Assembly: GCF_006345805.1 (NCBI RefSeq) | Contig: NC_043020.1 | Location: 13,516,001-13,580,000 of the forward strand | Length of the DNA stretch: 64,000 nt | Source of the DNA: Octopus sinensis | Lineage: Eukaryota | Direction of reading: 5' to 3' | In this document: positions 62,915-64,000 of the stretch, one piece after another | Layout: every line of letters starts with the position of its first letter | Numbering within the stretch: position 1 is the first letter of the stretch | The notes under the pieces: model-generated | Seen by the model: only the letters and a program-made list of their open reading frames with translations | What the model was told of the DNA's origin: nothing | Database searches by the model: none | Program-made: the position numbers and the translations under genes

Positions 62915-64000
62915 GGATATGACTGGTTTGAATACCAAATGGTTAAAGATGATAGAGTGTTATTTGCAGGAGATCTGAGCGAGGATTTGGCTGTTATTTC
63001 TAACAGCCTGTGTGAGGGCATAGAAGCCCAGGGCAAGTGTGAGAGGCTGGATCTGGCCAGTTTGAAGATAAAGCAGATAGATTATTTTGGCTGGATATGA
63101 CTGGTTTGAATGCTAAACAGTTAAAGATGATAGAGTGTTATTTGCGGGAGATCTGAGCGAGGATTTGGCTGTTATTTCTAACAGCCTGTGTGAGGGCATA
63201 GAAGCCCAGGGCAAGTGTGAGAGGCTGGATCTGGCCAGTTTGAAGATAAAGCAGATAGATTATTTTGGCTGGATATGACTGGTTTGAATGCTAAACAGTT
63301 AAAGATGATAGAGTGTTATTTGCGGGAGATCTGAGCGAGGATTTGGCTGTTATTTCTAACAGCCTGTGTGAGGGCATAGAAGCCCAGGGCAAGTGTGAGA
63401 GGCTGGATCTGGCCAGTTTGAAGATAAAGCAGATAGATTATTTTGGCTGGATGTGACTGGTTTGAATGCTAAACGGTTAAAGATGATAGAGTGTTATTTG
63501 CGGGAGATCTGAGCGAGGATTTGGCTGTTATTTCTAACAGCCTGTGTGAGGGCATAGAAGCCCAGGGCAAGTGTGAAAGGCTGGATCTGGCCAGTTTGAA
63601 GATAAAGCAGATAGATTATTTTGGCTGGATGTGACTGGTTTGAATGCTAAACGGTTAAAGATGATAGAGTGTTATTTGCGGGAGATCTGAGCGAGGATTT
63701 GGCTGTTATTTCTAGCTGCCTGTGTGAGGGCATAGAAGCCCAGGGCAAGTGTGAGAGGCTGGATCTGGCCAGTTTGAAGATAAAGCAGATAGATTATTTT
63801 GGCTGGATGTGACTGGTTTGAATGCTAAACGGTTAAAGATGATAGAGTGTTATTTGCGGGAGATCTGAGCGAGGATTTGGCTGTTATTTCTGCCTGTGTG
63901 AGGGCATAGAACCCAGGGCAAGTGTGAAAGGCTGGATTGGCCAGTTTGAAGATAAAGCAGATAGATTATTTTGGCTGGATGTGACTGGTTTGAATGCTAA
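62915..64000. repeat. 178-bp tandem satellite, at least 6 copies, runs off the window
   Basis: GGAT(A/G)TGACTGGTTTGAAT at 62915, 63093, 63271, 63449, 63627, 63805, 63977. Confidence 0.95.

Overview
AT-rich, repeat-saturated eukaryotic non-coding DNA with no supportable host protein-coding exon. It is most likely an intron or intergenic region of an octopus/cephalopod genome; this is inferred from the tRNA-headed SINE families and extreme microsatellite load and was not checked against a database. The window holds at least five SINE-like families (labelled A-E here), decayed LINEs (CR1/L2-like, RTE-like), Penelope-like remnants (RT linker, GIY-YIG), non-autonomous Helitron-like, piggyBac-like and mariner-like elements, several element-derived minisatellites, local tandem or inverted duplications and long microsatellites. 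Nearly all long ORFs in the track are microsatellite or repeat artefacts. Most notable observations: (1) four different minimal hammerhead-ribozyme-like motifs, one with an apparent compensatory U3:A8 core just downstream of a GIY-YIG ORF and one at the axis of a perfect 131-bp palindrome; (2) a textbook AG|GTAAGT recursive-splice-like site at 19986/19987; (3) a TSD-bounded SINE insertion carrying an inverted copy of its own flank; (4) a 144-nt hairpin with repeated TC/TC internal loops; (5) SINE multimers sharing one junction at five loci.
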